Shown here: in pieces, positions 63,837 to 64,000 of the stretch
How the letters are laid out: each line of letters opens with the position of its first letter
Numbering within the stretch: position 1 is the first letter of the stretch
Origin: Oscillospiraceae bacterium
GTDB lineage: Bacteria; Bacillota; Clostridia; Oscillospirales; Ruminococcaceae
DNA length: 64,000 bases
Direction: 5' to 3'
NCBI GenBank assembly: GCA_015067025.1
Contig: SVNC01000003.1
Location: 90,383 to 154,382 of the forward strand
The notes under the pieces: generated by a model
Databases searched by the model: none
What the model saw: the letters and a program-made list of their open reading frames with translations, nothing else
What the model was told of the DNA's origin: nothing
Translations under genes and position numbers: made by a program

Positions 63837-64000
63837 AGTAGTACCTCACTTCCTATTATACTGTAGCATAAATTATATAGTTTGTAACGAGTGATGTGTC
63901 GGCGTCGCCGAAGTGATGTAGTGCTGACGCATAGTGTTGTATTGTGCCTATGGCACAAAGTGATGTGATGTGTTCCGCATCCTCACGCGCGAAGCGCACA

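Noticed and set aside
1-64000. Prophage, IS element, CRISPR-Cas, toxin-antitoxin pair, retron/RT or restriction-modification genes
   Set aside because: I looked for integrase, transposase, Cas, reverse transcriptase and methyltransferase signatures in all listed ORFs and found none. The only mobile-element evidence is the indirect remnant signature at 58785-60470.

Overview
64-kb chromosomal window from a low-GC Firmicute. Gene content (BspA-type LRR surface proteins, dcw gene order, PduL, M42 peptidases) suggests a Clostridia or Ruminococcus-like gut anaerobe, but this taxon call is inference only. All calls come from reading the ORF translations and the DNA by eye; no searches were run. The window is mostly housekeeping. 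It holds a minus-strand dcw cluster (mraZ-rsmH-ftsL-like-PBP-murE-mraY-ftsW-murG), ssrA (tmRNA), and a PTS block (EIIA-C-B, MapP-like phosphatase, ptsH, ptsI, MFS). It also holds potABCD, glgA, a yicC/M42 peptidase operon, two tandem orphan solute-binding lipoproteins, a MacB-type ABC pair and rlmD-family and pduL genes. No rRNA, tRNA, CRISPR array, integrase or transposase was seen. The most interesting locus is a tightly coupled two-gene operon at 9674-14846 (minus), lying next to the mraZ end of the dcw cluster. It encodes a 689-aa SNF2-like helicase whose Walker A and DEAH boxes are degenerate. Directly downstream is a 1033-aa protein with an N-terminal sacsin/Hsp90-type GHKL ATPase signature and about 850 residues I cannot assign. 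I recognise no named system with this composition, so I flag it as a candidate uncharacterised defence or DNA-surveillance system. Other notable items: a probable yybP-ykoY (Mn2+) riboswitch with a terminator platform in front of the MacB-type ABC exporter; a duplicated sigma factor / membrane anti-sigma-like / BspA-LRR cassette with a conserved promoter; and a membrane-anchored zinc-ribbon TIR protein. There is also a likely mobile-element remnant at the 3' end of the rlmD-family gene (iteron-like 29-bp repeats, a PD-(D/E)xK/DUF4268-like gene and a truncated sigma gene). Several hairpin- or repeat-dense noncoding stretches are also listed.
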